Assembly (NCBI GenBank): GCA_965227515.1
Contig: CBDDFZ010000001.1
Location: 2,624,001 to 2,688,000 of the forward strand
DNA from: Alphaproteobacteria bacterium
GTDB taxonomy: Bacteria > Pseudomonadota > Alphaproteobacteria > CALKHQ01
Length of the DNA stretch: 64,000 bases
Direction: 5' to 3'
Position 1 is the first letter of the stretch. Each line of letters starts with the position of its first letter. Below, piece by piece: positions 41,308 to 51,221 of this stretch. The notes under the pieces are model-generated. The model was not told the origin of the DNA, did not search any database, and saw only the letters and a list, made by a program, of their open reading frames with translations. A program made the position numbers and the translations under genes.

Positions 41308-41649
41308 CTAGCCCATACGCATTCCGCCCGGCCCGCCGCCCGGACCACCGCCCAGGCCACCCAGGCCGGACAGATGGTTGAGGAGCTGCTGGCACTTCTC
41401 TTCAACCGCGGCCACCCCGGCCCGCAGCGGCGCCAGATCCTGGTCGCGCAGTGCCTGCAGCACCTGGTCGACCGACGCGCCGCCCGCATTCGCCGTCTTG
41501 CCGTCGTCGTCGACCAGTTCCACTTCCTTCGCGGCCGCGACCAGGATGGCGTGGGCCACCCAGGTTCCGACCGACACGCCCTGGCGCTGCGCCGCGATCT
41601 CCGCCGCCTTGGCGGCCTCCGCCGGAATTTCGACGCTTTGGCTAGTCAT
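41308..41649 (-). CDS. Small protein with PodJ-N-like (ribbon-helix-helix-like) motif and coiled coil
   Basis: EIPAEAAKAAEIAAQRQGVSVGTWVAHAI parallels the N-terminus of the downstream PodJ-like gene. Confidence 0.55.
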   Translation of the reverse strand: MTSQSVEIPAEAAKAAEIAAQRQGVSVGTWVAHAILVAAAKEVELVDDDGKTANAGGASVDQVLQALRDQDLAPLRAGVAAVEEKCQQLLNHLSGLGGLGGGPGGGPGGMRMG

Positions 41650-41727
41650 GTCACGCTCCGTTCTCGCTGACACCGTCAGCGCCTGTTTATCGTTGATGGC
41701 CCGCTATCTGGGCGAAATTGTGCCGCG

Positions 41728-43140
41728 CTATCCCTCGCTGGCACCGCCACCGGCCGACCCGGCGCGCCGATCGAGCATTTCGACGATCGCGTTCAGGTCG
41801 TCCTCGTTCTGGTAGCGAATGGTGATGTCGCCGCCGCGCCGCCGCGGCTTGATGGCGACCGCGCGGCCAAGCGCGCGGCCGATGCGGGATTCCTTCTCCA
41901 CAACGGTGGGCGGCTTGGCCTTGGCGGCCTGGATTTTCGCGGCCCCCGGAGTAGGCCCCTCCGCAGAACCCCGGGCCAGCGCCTCGGCCTGGCGGACCGA
42001 CAGGCCCTCGGCGACGATGCGCTCCGCCATCGCCTGCGGGTCGGCGGCATTGACCAGGACACGCGCGTGCCCGGCCGACAGCCGGCCATCGTCGATCATC
42101 TCCTGCACGGAGTCGGGCAGGCGCAACAGCCGCACCATGTGGCCGATATAGCTGCGGCTCTTGCCGATTTTGCGCGCCATGTCGTCCTGGCTCAGGCCGA
42201 ATTCGGTGATCAGGCGCTGGAAGCCCGCGGCCTCTTCCAGCGCGGTCAGGTCGGTGCGCTGCAGGTTCTCGACCAGGCTGATCTCGGCCGCTTCCGCCTC
42301 GGCGGCGTCGTGGACCACAACCGGCACGTCGCTGAGGCCGGCCTGCTGTGCCGCGCGCCAGCGCCGTTCGCCGGCGATGATGTCGACCTTGTCGGAGCCG
42401 GGCCGTGGGCGGACGACGATGGGCTGCAAGATGCCGTGGCTGCGAATGGACTCCGCCAGTTCGTCGAGTTGTCCGGTATCGAACCGGCGGCGCGGCTGGC
42501 TGCTGCCGGGCTGCAGTCGGTCGACCGGCATCCGGGTGGGCGTGTCGCCAGCCTTGGCGGCCGGCGGTTGCGGAGGTTCGACAGGTGCGTCCGGCGTCGT
42601 CGCTGCGGCAGGCGGTTGGGGCGGAGCCGGTTGAGGTGGCGCTGCCGGCGTTGGTTTCGCTGCGGGTGTCAGTGTCAGCCTTGGGCCGGGCTCCTTGCCA
42701 TCGCCCTCGCGTCGTGCGGCGCTGGTGACCTTCAGGCGCAAACGCTCCAAAGCGCCGACCGCGCGTGCCGTCTCCTCATCCGATGTGGCGGGGTCCGACG
42801 CGGCGGGCTCCAAAGTTGCGGGGTCCGATGTGGCGGGCGGGGTGTCCGGAGCGCCGGGCGCGGCCTCGTTGACCTCGGCAGCGGTTATGTCTGCCGCACC
42901 TGGCGTTTGCTCTGCCTCGTCACCAGCGTGCGGTGCATCGCTGGCATCGTCGGCGGCGACCTCGGTAACGTCCTGGCCAGCGCTTTCCGCGGCCTCCGGT
43001 TCCGCGCTCGAAACCTGGTCTTCATCTGCCGCGCTGCTCGACGTCGGCTGATGGATCAGGCTGACCAGCCAGTCATCGGCGTCTACCTGGGGCGACTTGC
43101 CGCTGCCGGCAGGTCCAGGGGGGTCGTTCTCAGGCGCCAC
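41728..43140 (-). CDS. ParB/Spo0J-family protein with long disordered N-terminal extension
   Basis: QPRRRFD...L.ELA.SI..HGILQPI.VRP, IIAGERRWRAAQ.AGL, ENLQR.DL..LEEA, HTH, GHAR.L; no parA adjacent. Confidence 0.9.
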   Translation of the reverse strand: MAPENDPPGPAGSGKSPQVDADDWLVSLIHQPTSSSAADEDQVSSAEPEAAESAGQDVTEVAADDASDAPHAGDEAEQTPGAADITAAEVNEAAPGAPDTPPATSDPATLEPAASDPATSDEETARAVGALERLRLKVTSAARREGDGKEPGPRLTLTPAAKPTPAAPPQPAPPQPPAAATTPDAPVEPPQPPAAKAGDTPTRMPVDRLQPGSSQPRRRFDTGQLDELAESIRSHGILQPIVVRPRPGSDKVDIIAGERRWRAAQQAGLSDVPVVVHDAAEAEAAEISLVENLQRTDLTALEEAAGFQRLITEFGLSQDDMARKIGKSRSYIGHMVRLLRLPDSVQEMIDDGRLSAGHARVLVNAADPQAMAERIVAEGLSVRQAEALARGSAEGPTPGAAKIQAAKAKPPTVVEKESRIGRALGRAVAIKPRRRGGDITIRYQNEDDLNAIVEMLDRRAGSAGGGASEG

Positions 43141-43334
43141 GGTCGGATCTCCATTGGCAATGACCGGGCGCCCCGGCGGACGCCGAGGAAGGCGGGCGTC
43201 CCTGGGGGGACATCGGGGCGACGGTCCCGGCCGCGATCAGGCGGCCGACCACATCTTTTGGTGCATTGTCGCATGGATAGTCAATTGGTTGCGGGGGAGG
43301 GCGGCTCAGCCTATGTATGCGCGAAGCGCATCGC

Positions 43335-43409
43335 TGGGGTGTGGCCAAGCGGTTAAGGCACCGGTTTTTGGTACCGGCATCGCAGGTTCGAATCCTGCCA
43401 CCCCAGCCA
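43335..43409 (+). tRNA. tRNA-Gln (anticodon TTG)
   Basis: TGGGGTG acceptor stem, D-arm GCCAAGCGGTTAAGGC, anticodon arm CCGGT-TTTTGGT-ACCGG, T-arm GGTTCGAATCC, encoded CCA. Confidence 0.97.
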
Positions 43410-43455
43410 ATCGCGGCAGCGCCAGCGCGACGCCGCGCGCCAACTTAACGGGTGG

Positions 43456-43857
43456 CTAAATCCCCAGGCGCTTGGCCAGCGCGCGCAGATAGCGCCGGTC
43501 TGCATCGGTGAAGTCGCCCTCCTCGATATCGACCTTGTAGTCCTCCAGTTCCTCGCGGGTCTCGTCGGACACGTCGGCGGCCTGCAACTGCTCGATCAAC
43601 GCCAGGTCCTCGTCCGCCGATGCCGGGTCGATGGGGGTCGGCCCCTCGTAGTCGTCGTCATCGTCGTCGTCGGCGTAGTCGTCGTCATCATCATCGTCGT
43701 CGTCGCCGGGCGCAGGCACCAGCAGCATGTCCCAGGAGACGCCGGTCTCCTTGATCTGGGCGTCGATGGAGCGGGCGGCGGCCAGCGCCTCCTCGTCGCT
43801 CTCGCTGCCCAGTTGTTCCAGCAAGCCGATAAAGGCCTCGCGTTCGATATCGGCCAT
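43456..43857 (-). CDS. Acidic hypothetical protein
   Basis: Helical N- and C-terminal parts joined by a poly-Asp linker; GGAGA RBS. Confidence 0.7.
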   Translation of the reverse strand: MADIEREAFIGLLEQLGSESDEEALAAARSIDAQIKETGVSWDMLLVPAPGDDDDDDDDDYADDDDDDDYEGPTPIDPASADEDLALIEQLQAADVSDETREELEDYKVDIEEGDFTDADRRYLRALAKRLGI

Positions 43858-44025
43858 CAATGTCTCCGATCAGGTCCTTGAGGATGGTGCACGGCGCGGC
43901 GCGTGACTGCGGTCACATGCGTCTGCTCGCATGGCGGTGCAATATGGTGCAGATGTTGACGGCGCCGCAATGGCTGAGCCTGTTGGCGATGCAATTTCCG
44001 CGGGTGCGACGTATAAGGTGCGGCC

Positions 44026-45054
44026 ATGGCCGACGCAATGACACCATTCCAGGAAAGCGTGCGCGCACCGATCGATCTCCCACTTTCGGTGGCGCCGATG
44101 ATGGACTGGACCGACCGGCACGACCGCTATTTGCTGCGGTGCCTCAGCCGGCGCACCAAGCTCTACACCGAGATGGTGACCACCGGCGCCGTACTGCACG
44201 GCAACCGCGACCGGTTGCTGGCCATCGATCCGGCCGAACACCCGGTGGCGCTGCAACTCGGCGGCAGCGACCCGCCCGATCTGGCCGAATGCGCGCGCAT
44301 CGGTGCCGGCTACGGCTATGACGAGATCAACCTGAACGTTGGCTGCCCGTCCGACCGGGTGCAGTCCGGCCGCTTCGGCGCTTGCCTGATGGCGGAACCG
44401 GCGCTGGTGGCGGAATGCGTGGCGGCGATGCAGGCGGCCACCGACGTGCCGGTGACCGTGAAGCACAGGCTTGGCATCGACGACCAGGACGAGGAGGCGA
44501 GCCTGAACCGGTTCGTCGATACGGTGGCCGACGCCGGCTGCCGGCACTTCATCGTGCATGCGCGCAAGGCGTGGCTTTCGGGCCTCAGCCCGAAGCAGAA
44601 CCGCGACGTGCCGCCGCTGCGCTATGAACTGGTGGCGGCACTCAAGCGCCGCCGGCCCGACCTGTTCGTCGTGCTGAACGGCGGGGTGACGTCGCTGGAG
44701 GCGGCGAAGGCGCATCTGGCGGAGGTCGATGGCGTGATGATCGGCCGCGCGGCCTATCAGGAGCCCTACATCCTGGCGGCCGCCGACCGCGAAATCTTCG
44801 GCGACCACGCGCCCGCGCCGAGCCGCCACGAGGTGCTGGCGCGCATGGCCGACTACGCGGAACGGCAGGTCCCGCTGGGTGTTCCACTGAAGTCGATCGC
44901 CCGCCACATGACCGGGCTGTTCAATGGGCTGCCCGGCGCGCGCGCCTATCGCCGGCGGCTGAACGACCTGATGCAATCCCGCGATGCCGACAGCCGTGCG
45001 CTGCTCGCGGCCGCGGCCCATATCGACGAGAACGCCCACGCGGCCGCGGCATGA
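44026..45054 (+). CDS. dusA: tRNA-dihydrouridine(20/20a) synthase
   Basis: SVAPMMDWTDRH, LQLGGSDP, EINLNVGCPSDRVQSG.FGACLM, VHARKAWL.GLSPK.NR. Confidence 0.95.
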   Translation: MADAMTPFQESVRAPIDLPLSVAPMMDWTDRHDRYLLRCLSRRTKLYTEMVTTGAVLHGNRDRLLAIDPAEHPVALQLGGSDPPDLAECARIGAGYGYDEINLNVGCPSDRVQSGRFGACLMAEPALVAECVAAMQAATDVPVTVKHRLGIDDQDEEASLNRFVDTVADAGCRHFIVHARKAWLSGLSPKQNRDVPPLRYELVAALKRRRPDLFVVLNGGVTSLEAAKAHLAEVDGVMIGRAAYQEPYILAAADREIFGDHAPAPSRHEVLARMADYAERQVPLGVPLKSIARHMTGLFNGLPGARAYRRRLNDLMQSRDADSRALLAAAAHIDENAHAAAA

Positions 45055-45097
45055 TTTCTGCCTGTGGCCGTCTGGACCGCCATATTTGGAGGATAAC

Positions 45098-45808
45098 GTG
45101 TCGGAAACCCTGAATGGACGCCACTTCGTGGTGACCGGCGGCAGCGGCGCGCTGGGCTATGCGGTCGTGCAGCGCCTGGTTGACGCCGGGGCGACCTGCT
45201 ACGTGCCGTGCCGCGAGACGGCGGTGCCGGACTATCTGGCCGCTCTGGGCGCCCAGGCGGTGATCGCGACCGATATCGACCTGACCGACCAGGCACAGGT
45301 CGATGCCTATTATGGCGACCTTCCCGGCCTTTGGGCCTCGATCCAGATTGCCGGCGGGTTCGCCATGGCAGGCATCGCGAAGAGTGGCGCGGACCTGGTG
45401 CACCAGCAGTTCGCGATGAACGCGCTGTCGTGCATGCTGAGCTGCCGGGCCGCAGTGGTGCGGATGCGCGCCGACGACACCTATCACGGGGGGCGGCTGG
45501 TCAATATCGCGGCACGTCCGGCGCTGGAGCCGCGCAGCGGCGCGAACATGACCGCCTACACCGCCTCCAAGGCGGCAGTGGCCGGGTTCACGCAGGCACT
45601 GGCGGCGGAACTGAGCGACGACGGCATCAACGTCAACGCGGTGGCGCCGTCCATTCTGGACACGCCGGCCAACCGCGCGGCGATGCCGAAGGCCGATCAT
45701 GGCTCGTGGTTGAGCCTGGACGACGCGGCGGACCTGATCATGTTCCTGGCCTCGCCAGCCAACGCGGCCGGCAGCGGGGCGGTCATCCCCATGTACGCGC
45801 GCGCCTGA
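45098..45808 (+). CDS. SDR oxidoreductase
   Basis: TGGSGALG, YTASKAAV, PSILDTPANR..MP; GTG start after GGAGG. Confidence 0.9.
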   Translation: MSETLNGRHFVVTGGSGALGYAVVQRLVDAGATCYVPCRETAVPDYLAALGAQAVIATDIDLTDQAQVDAYYGDLPGLWASIQIAGGFAMAGIAKSGADLVHQQFAMNALSCMLSCRAAVVRMRADDTYHGGRLVNIAARPALEPRSGANMTAYTASKAAVAGFTQALAAELSDDGINVNAVAPSILDTPANRAAMPKADHGSWLSLDDAADLIMFLASPANAAGSGAVIPMYARA

Positions 45809-45855
45809 GTACCGACCCGTAGCCGGGCCGAACGTGTGAATAGCAGATCAAGCAG

Positions 45856-46374
45856 ATGATATTGTCAGGCGCCGCCCGGGTGCCCTCACATTGCGAGAAG
45901 GCGTCGATGGACGCGGGACAGAACGACCTGTCGAGTCTGAAATCGGGCATCAACATGCAGGCCGCGGCCTATTACCGGGGCTTGTGCGACGCTCATGGCC
46001 AGCCAGGGCGCCAGCATGTGCGGCCCGAGGACATGGTGCCGTTCCTGTCCCACGTCATCCTGATCGATGTGCTGCGCGACCCGCTGGACTTCCGATATCG
46101 TGTCGTCGGCTCCTATTACTGGGAGTTCTGGCAATCCAATCCCACCGGCAAGCGCATGTCGGAAGTGCCGGGGCAGGGACCGGGCAGCCGCATCTGGCAG
46201 CGGCTGGAGGGGGTGGTGCGCAACAAGCGCCCTGTCAGCACCGACATTCCCTATGTCGGGCCGAAGCGGAACATCTTCACCGCCGAGGACTGCGTGATGC
46301 CGCTGGCCGGCGACGGCGTGCATGTCGACATGATCATGGTCACGTGCGAGTACCTGTCGCGCATTGAAGAGTAG
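45856..46374 (+). CDS. PAS_5 (DUF1457)-like domain protein
   Basis: P.R..+.PEDM...L..V.L.DV..DP.DFRYR.VG, +MPL..DG..V.M+. Confidence 0.75.
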   Translation: MILSGAARVPSHCEKASMDAGQNDLSSLKSGINMQAAAYYRGLCDAHGQPGRQHVRPEDMVPFLSHVILIDVLRDPLDFRYRVVGSYYWEFWQSNPTGKRMSEVPGQGPGSRIWQRLEGVVRNKRPVSTDIPYVGPKRNIFTAEDCVMPLAGDGVHVDMIMVTCEYLSRIEE

Positions 46375-46406
46375 GCTGCGGGCGTTCCAGTGCTAATAGT
46401 GCGCCC

Positions 46407-48905
46407 ATGATCGGCGTTTCCGACATCATCATGGTGATCGCGAGCCTGCTGCTCGTGGCCGGCATGCTGCAGTTCTTCGCTCAGCGGATGAACGTGCCGC
46501 ATACCGTGCTGCTGGCGGCGGCGGGCCTAGTGGTGGGGTTCCTGGCGCTGTGGTCGCTGGCTGCCGAGGAGCCATGGTTGGCCGGCGAGCTGTTGGCCTA
46601 TGTCGTGGCGTTCGAGATATCGTCCGAGACGTTCATCGACATTTTCGTGCCGACGCTGCTGTTCCAGGCGGCACTGACTATTTCGGCCCGCCGGCTGCTG
46701 GACGATATCGGCCCGATCTTCGTGCTGTCGGTCGTGGCAGTGGTGGTCAGCACGCTGGCCATCGGCTACGGGCTTGCCGCGGCTTCCGAAATCGCACTGA
46801 CCGTGTGCCTTCTGATCGGCGCCATTGTCGCCACCACCGATCCATCGGCGGTGGTCGGCCTGTTCCGCGATACCGGCGCGCCGCAGCGCCTGGGCATTCT
46901 GATCGAGGGCGAGAGCATCCTGAACGATGCGGCGGCGATTGCGCTGTTCGGCATCTTCCTGGAACTCCTGCTGTTCCAGACGCTGCCGGACCCGGGCAGC
47001 ATCGCGCTCGCCTTCTCCTACGACGTCATCGGCGGGCTGGCGGTCGGCCTGATCGGGGCCTGGTTCGCCTGCTTGGTGCTGGCGCGCCTGCACGGCATCG
47101 CGCTGGCCGAGGTGACGGTGACCGTGGCCCTCGCCTACATGGTCTATGTCGCCGCCGAGCATTATGTCGACGCGTCCGGCGTGGTCGCGGTGGTCACGGC
47201 CGGCTTCTTTATCGGCTGGTATGGCCGCACCCGGATCGGCCCGGACAGTTGGGATTACCTGAACCGGGTCTGGAGCCAGCTCAGCTATTGGGCGAGCGCC
47301 CTGGTCTTCCTGCTGGCGGCGATGTCGATGCCGCGCCGCATGGTCGATGTCGGCTGGCACGACGTCATCCTGCTGCTGGTGGTGATCGGCTGCGCGTTCG
47401 CGGCGCGAGGCGCTGTGCTGGTGACGTTCTTCCCGATCCTGGCCCGCCTCGGCTGGAGCCAGCATGTCAGCCCCGGCTACATGGCCGCGATCTGGTGGGG
47501 CGGGGTGCGCGGCGCGCTGACCCTGGCATTGGCGCTGGCCGTGACCGAGCATCCGCAGCTCGATGCCCACGGCGATGTCCGCGCCACGGTGGCGACGCTG
47601 GCCACCGGGTTCGTGCTCTTCACCCTGTTCGTCAATGCCACGACCCTGCCGGTGGTGATGCGCTGGCTGAAGCTCGACAGGCTGAACCGTGCCGACCAGA
47701 TCGTGCGCGATCGCGCGATTGAGCTGGCGCTGGAAAAGGCGGGCAGGGACCTGGAGGATGTTGCCGAGCAATACCGCTTCGAGGGCGATCTGCTGGACCG
47801 GGAGGCCGACCGCCTGCGCAAGCGTCGCGATGCGTTGCGCGAGGCGGAGACGCCGACCTCGGCCCTGAGCGTCGACGACCAGGTCTATGTCGGGCTTTCG
47901 GCGCTGGTGGCGGCGGAGGGAGAGCTGTACCGCGCGCACTTCAGCGACCAGATCCTGTCGCGCTACGCCAACCGCACGCTGACCACCTTCGTGGCGCGGC
48001 TGTCGGATGCGACCAAGACCGGCCATATGGAGGGCTATCGCACGGCGGCGGAACGTGTCCTGGAACTCAGCCCGTGGCTGCGGCCGGCGAGTTTCGTGCA
48101 TCGGCATCTGCGCCTCGGCGCGCCGCTGGCCTATGCGCTGGCACGCCGGTACGAGTTGCTGCGCGCGCTCAGGATCGGGCTGCTGGACGTGATCGCGCTC
48201 AGCCGGGAGCGGGTGGCATCGCTGGTGGGCGAGGCGGCGGTGAAGGAGATCGCCGCGGTGCTGCAGCACCGCTATGAGGACGTGCAGTCGGCGCTGATGG
48301 CCATCGAGCTGCAGTATCCGGAATACACCCAGCATGCGAAGACCGAGCAGTTGCGCCGGATCGCGCTCAGGTTCGAGGAACGCGCCTATCGCCGCCTGTT
48401 CGAGGACTCCATCGTCGGGCAGGATGTGTTCGACGCCTTGCAGCGGGAATGGCGCAAGCGGTGGGCGCGGTCGCAGCGCCGGGTGCGGCTCGACGTCATG
48501 CCGCCGACGGCGGAGCTGGTGGCCCGCGTGCCGCTGTTCCAGGGGCTGACCCAGGCGCAGCGCCTGTCGCTGACCGCCCTGTTGCGCGCCCGCCTGGCGA
48601 TGCCGAACGAGGCGCTGGTCAATCGCGGCGACCGTGGGGACTCGATGTTCTTCGTGCTGTCGGGCACGGTCGAGGTGCGCAACCGGGCGAACGTCATCGA
48701 ACTCGGCGCCGGCGACTTTTTTGGCGAGATCGCGCTGATGCTGCGCGAGCGGCGCACCGCCGACGTGGTGGCGACGGGCTATTGCGAGTTGCTGGAGCTG
48801 CGCGGGCCCGATTTTCGCGGGTTCCTGAGCGGCCATCCCGATCTGGAGGCGGAAATTCTGGATACGGCCCGCGCCCGCCTGCGCGAGAACCTGGCGTCGC
48901 AATGA
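46407..48905 (+). CDS. CPA1 Na+/H+ antiporter with C-terminal cyclic-nucleotide-binding domain
   Basis: ATTDPSAV, EGESILNDA, WGGVRGALTLALA, C-terminal GDSMFF..SG, FFGEIAL..RRTADV. Confidence 0.93.
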   Translation: MIGVSDIIMVIASLLLVAGMLQFFAQRMNVPHTVLLAAAGLVVGFLALWSLAAEEPWLAGELLAYVVAFEISSETFIDIFVPTLLFQAALTISARRLLDDIGPIFVLSVVAVVVSTLAIGYGLAAASEIALTVCLLIGAIVATTDPSAVVGLFRDTGAPQRLGILIEGESILNDAAAIALFGIFLELLLFQTLPDPGSIALAFSYDVIGGLAVGLIGAWFACLVLARLHGIALAEVTVTVALAYMVYVAAEHYVDASGVVAVVTAGFFIGWYGRTRIGPDSWDYLNRVWSQLSYWASALVFLLAAMSMPRRMVDVGWHDVILLLVVIGCAFAARGAVLVTFFPILARLGWSQHVSPGYMAAIWWGGVRGALTLALALAVTEHPQLDAHGDVRATVATLATGFVLFTLFVNATTLPVVMRWLKLDRLNRADQIVRDRAIELALEKAGRDLEDVAEQYRFEGDLLDREADRLRKRRDALREAETPTSALSVDDQVYVGLSALVAAEGELYRAHFSDQILSRYANRTLTTFVARLSDATKTGHMEGYRTAAERVLELSPWLRPASFVHRHLRLGAPLAYALARRYELLRALRIGLLDVIALSRERVASLVGEAAVKEIAAVLQHRYEDVQSALMAIELQYPEYTQHAKTEQLRRIALRFEERAYRRLFEDSIVGQDVFDALQREWRKRWARSQRRVRLDVMPPTAELVARVPLFQGLTQAQRLSLTALLRARLAMPNEALVNRGDRGDSMFFVLSGTVEVRNRANVIELGAGDFFGEIALMLRERRTADVVATGYCELLELRGPDFRGFLSGHPDLEAEILDTARARLRENLASQ

Positions 48906-49044
48906 CCCGTGCGAAGACCTGCAACAAACGGCCGACCTCGGCCCCGCGCATGGCAGCTATGCAGCAACTTCCTTTCCTGACAGGACTGTCCTATATCAAG
49001 GCTAATTGCGAAAGAGACGCATCCGCAACAACTGGAACCCGAGC

Positions 49045-49602
49045 ATGGACACGCTGACCGCCCTGATCACCCGCACCAGCACGCCGAAACTGGGCGACCC
49101 GGCGCCGTCCAGGGAGCATATCGACACCATGCTGCGCGCCGCGGTGCGCGCGCCGGACCACGGCAAGCTGAAGCCCTGGGAGTTCCTGGTGGTTGAGGGC
49201 GACGCCCGCGTGCGGCTGGGTGAGGTGATGGCCGAGGCGCTGCTGGCGCGCGAGCCGGAGGCGCCGCCGCAACTGGTGGAGAAGGAGCGCACCAAATGCT
49301 GCCGCGCCCCGACGATCCTGGTGGTGGTTGCCAAGGTGACGCCGGACCACCCGAAGATCCCGGTGGTCGAGCAGGTGCTGTCCGCCGGCTGTGCCGCCCA
49401 GAACATCCATCTCGCCGCGCATCACATGGGTTATGGGTGCATCTGGCGGACCGGCGCACCGGCACGCGACCCCAAGGTCAAGGCGGCCCTGGGTCTGGCG
49501 GAAATCGACGAGATCGTCGGGTTCATGTATCTCGGCACCGCGCAAGCGGAGATGCCGGTGCGCGAGATCGACGCCGCGGAACACACGCGGGTCTGGCCGT
49601 AG
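49045..49602 (+). CDS. Nitroreductase family (YdjA-like)
   Basis: R.S..L..P.P, RAPDHGKLKPW.F, EQ.LSAGCA.QN+.LAA...GYG..WRTG. Confidence 0.9.
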   Translation: MDTLTALITRTSTPKLGDPAPSREHIDTMLRAAVRAPDHGKLKPWEFLVVEGDARVRLGEVMAEALLAREPEAPPQLVEKERTKCCRAPTILVVVAKVTPDHPKIPVVEQVLSAGCAAQNIHLAAHHMGYGCIWRTGAPARDPKVKAALGLAEIDEIVGFMYLGTAQAEMPVREIDAAEHTRVWP

Positions 49603-49609
49603 GCTTCGG

Positions 49610-50155
49610 CTAGGTTTCGGCCAGGGCTTGGCGCTCCATGGCCAGCGCGCGGGGGCGCTCGGCACGCGGCAGGCCGTCGTCGCGCGCGATGTCGACGTCG
49701 ACCCCGCCAAGAATCATGGTGACGCGGCCGTCCTGGATCAGCGGCAGCAGCAGGCGCCGAAACGTCCACTCCACGCCGCGCCTGGACCGGGAGCGGTTCT
49801 CCGCATAGACCGGCCGCTGCAGGTCCCGGCACCGGTTGAAGTCTGCGCGTATCTCCGCCTCCTGCTCGCGCAGGTCGGCTTGCGCCAGGGTTCTGCCGGT
49901 GAAGTCGTCGCCATACTTGTTGGCAAGCTCGGTGCCGACCAGGCGAAAGACATAGGCGTCAGGGGCGTCGGAGTCCCAGACAACATCGACCAGCTTGATG
50001 ATCGGCAGCAGCCCGGGCGCGATGTCGGTGGGGTCGATGTCGGCGCGCGAGATCGGCCGCCCCAGCCGTTCGGCGAGGCCATGCCAGTAGTCGTAGAGTT
50101 CCTCCAGTCGTTCGGAGCGAAGGTCTGCGGGTTTCAGGTCGTCCGCGTGCGTCAT
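49610..50155 (-). CDS. PAS_5-like domain protein
   Basis: LY.YW, R.DIDP.DI...LP.I.L.DV, FRLVGT, RLLLPL..DG.V..+LG. Confidence 0.8.
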   Translation of the reverse strand: MTHADDLKPADLRSERLEELYDYWHGLAERLGRPISRADIDPTDIAPGLLPIIKLVDVVWDSDAPDAYVFRLVGTELANKYGDDFTGRTLAQADLREQEAEIRADFNRCRDLQRPVYAENRSRSRRGVEWTFRRLLLPLIQDGRVTMILGGVDVDIARDDGLPRAERPRALAMERQALAET

Positions 50156-50204
50156 GTCCTGCCGTGCAACTGGGGGCGCCGGCGGGCATGTTCATTTTTC
50201 TTGG

Positions 50205-50219
50205 ATAATAATTGGTTAA
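50205..50219. promoter_or_regulatory. Possible CtrA site (1 mismatch) upstream of the PAS_5 gene
   Basis: ATAA-TAATTGG-TTAA; includes a TTAACC half-site on the minus strand. Confidence 0.35.
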
Positions 50220-50265
50220 GCGGCTCCGGCCGCACGGCGCGGAGCTTCGGCCGTGGCGGATGGCG

Positions 50266-51048
50266 TCATTCCGCCGGTGCCGACAGGCCTTCCGATTCCA
50301 TGATCATGGCCATGGCGGCCTGCGCATGGTCCAGGCCGCCTTCGCCGGCCTCCACGCTGATCGTGCCGTCATTGTCCAGGTCGCGGCCATGGACGACCCC
50401 CTGCATCAACTCCAGAACGGACTGCGCCTTTTCGACGACCCAGGCCGGATCGTCGGACGTGCGCGCCGACTGCGCCAGATCGAGCGCGCGGGCGGCCCAG
50501 TCGGTGGCGTTGGCCAGGCTGTGGCTGGCATGGCCGGCCTGTTCGAGCACCAGCGCCGAGACCGCGCTGTCCTCGCCGGCGGTCTCGAACAACTCGTCCA
50601 GCGCCGCGTCGATATCGCCATGGTTGGGATTGTCGCTGTCGCCGCCGCTCAGATGGGTTTGGCCGAGCGGGAAGGCCGCACCGGCGTCGAGCGCGAAGCC
50701 CAGGTGCACCGCCGCACCGTCGGCGGCCAGGATCAGGCCGTAACCCAGGCTGGGGCCGTCGGGCTCCAGGGTCGGGTCGATGGCATTGACGACGTGGCCG
50801 AGGTGGTTCTTGACCAGCTCGATATTGTCGGGATCGGCCAGCGCCAGTTCGGCGTGTTCCAGCGCGATCGACGCTTCAGCCACCGCCGTCGGCAGCAGGC
50901 CGTCGCCGGCCGGCGTATCGTTCCAGCTCCACATCACGTGCCCGATGTGGGTGTGCATGCCACCGCGGGTATCGGCCAGCACGTCCAGCGCGGCACCGGT
51001 GCTGACAGCCAGCGCGGCGGCGACGGCGATGCTCATCCTGGCGGCCAT
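50266..51048 (-). CDS. Secreted helical hypothetical protein with EF-hand-like loop
   Basis: Signal peptide, H.HIGHV, DTP.G.GLL, H..HV.NAIDP, DLDNDGTI. Confidence 0.65.
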   Translation of the reverse strand: MAARMSIAVAAALAVSTGAALDVLADTRGGMHTHIGHVMWSWNDTPAGDGLLPTAVAEASIALEHAELALADPDNIELVKNHLGHVVNAIDPTLEPDGPSLGYGLILAADGAAVHLGFALDAGAAFPLGQTHLSGGDSDNPNHGDIDAALDELFETAGEDSAVSALVLEQAGHASHSLANATDWAARALDLAQSARTSDDPAWVVEKAQSVLELMQGVVHGRDLDNDGTISVEAGEGGLDHAQAAMAMIMESEGLSAPAE

Positions 51049-51221
51049 GTTTTTCCCCCTGTCGGTCGGTATCTGGTGTGGTCCCATGGTGCGACCGCTC
51101 TATCGGGAACGCGGCAGCACGGTGGCCGGTTCCGCCGATCGCAGGGGAGGTTTAGCACCGAATTGGGGTAATGTCGTGGCGCGCGCGTGAACGCGATCGC
51201 ACAGCAGCCCGATCTTTCCGC

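Noticed and set aside
41728-43330. parS site near the ParB paralog
   Set aside because: No GTTTCACGTGAAAC-like palindrome found by eye.
43335-45054. tRNA-Gln or dusA as an island integration site
   Set aside because: No integrase nearby and no duplicated tRNA 3' end or dusA fragment noticed in the window.
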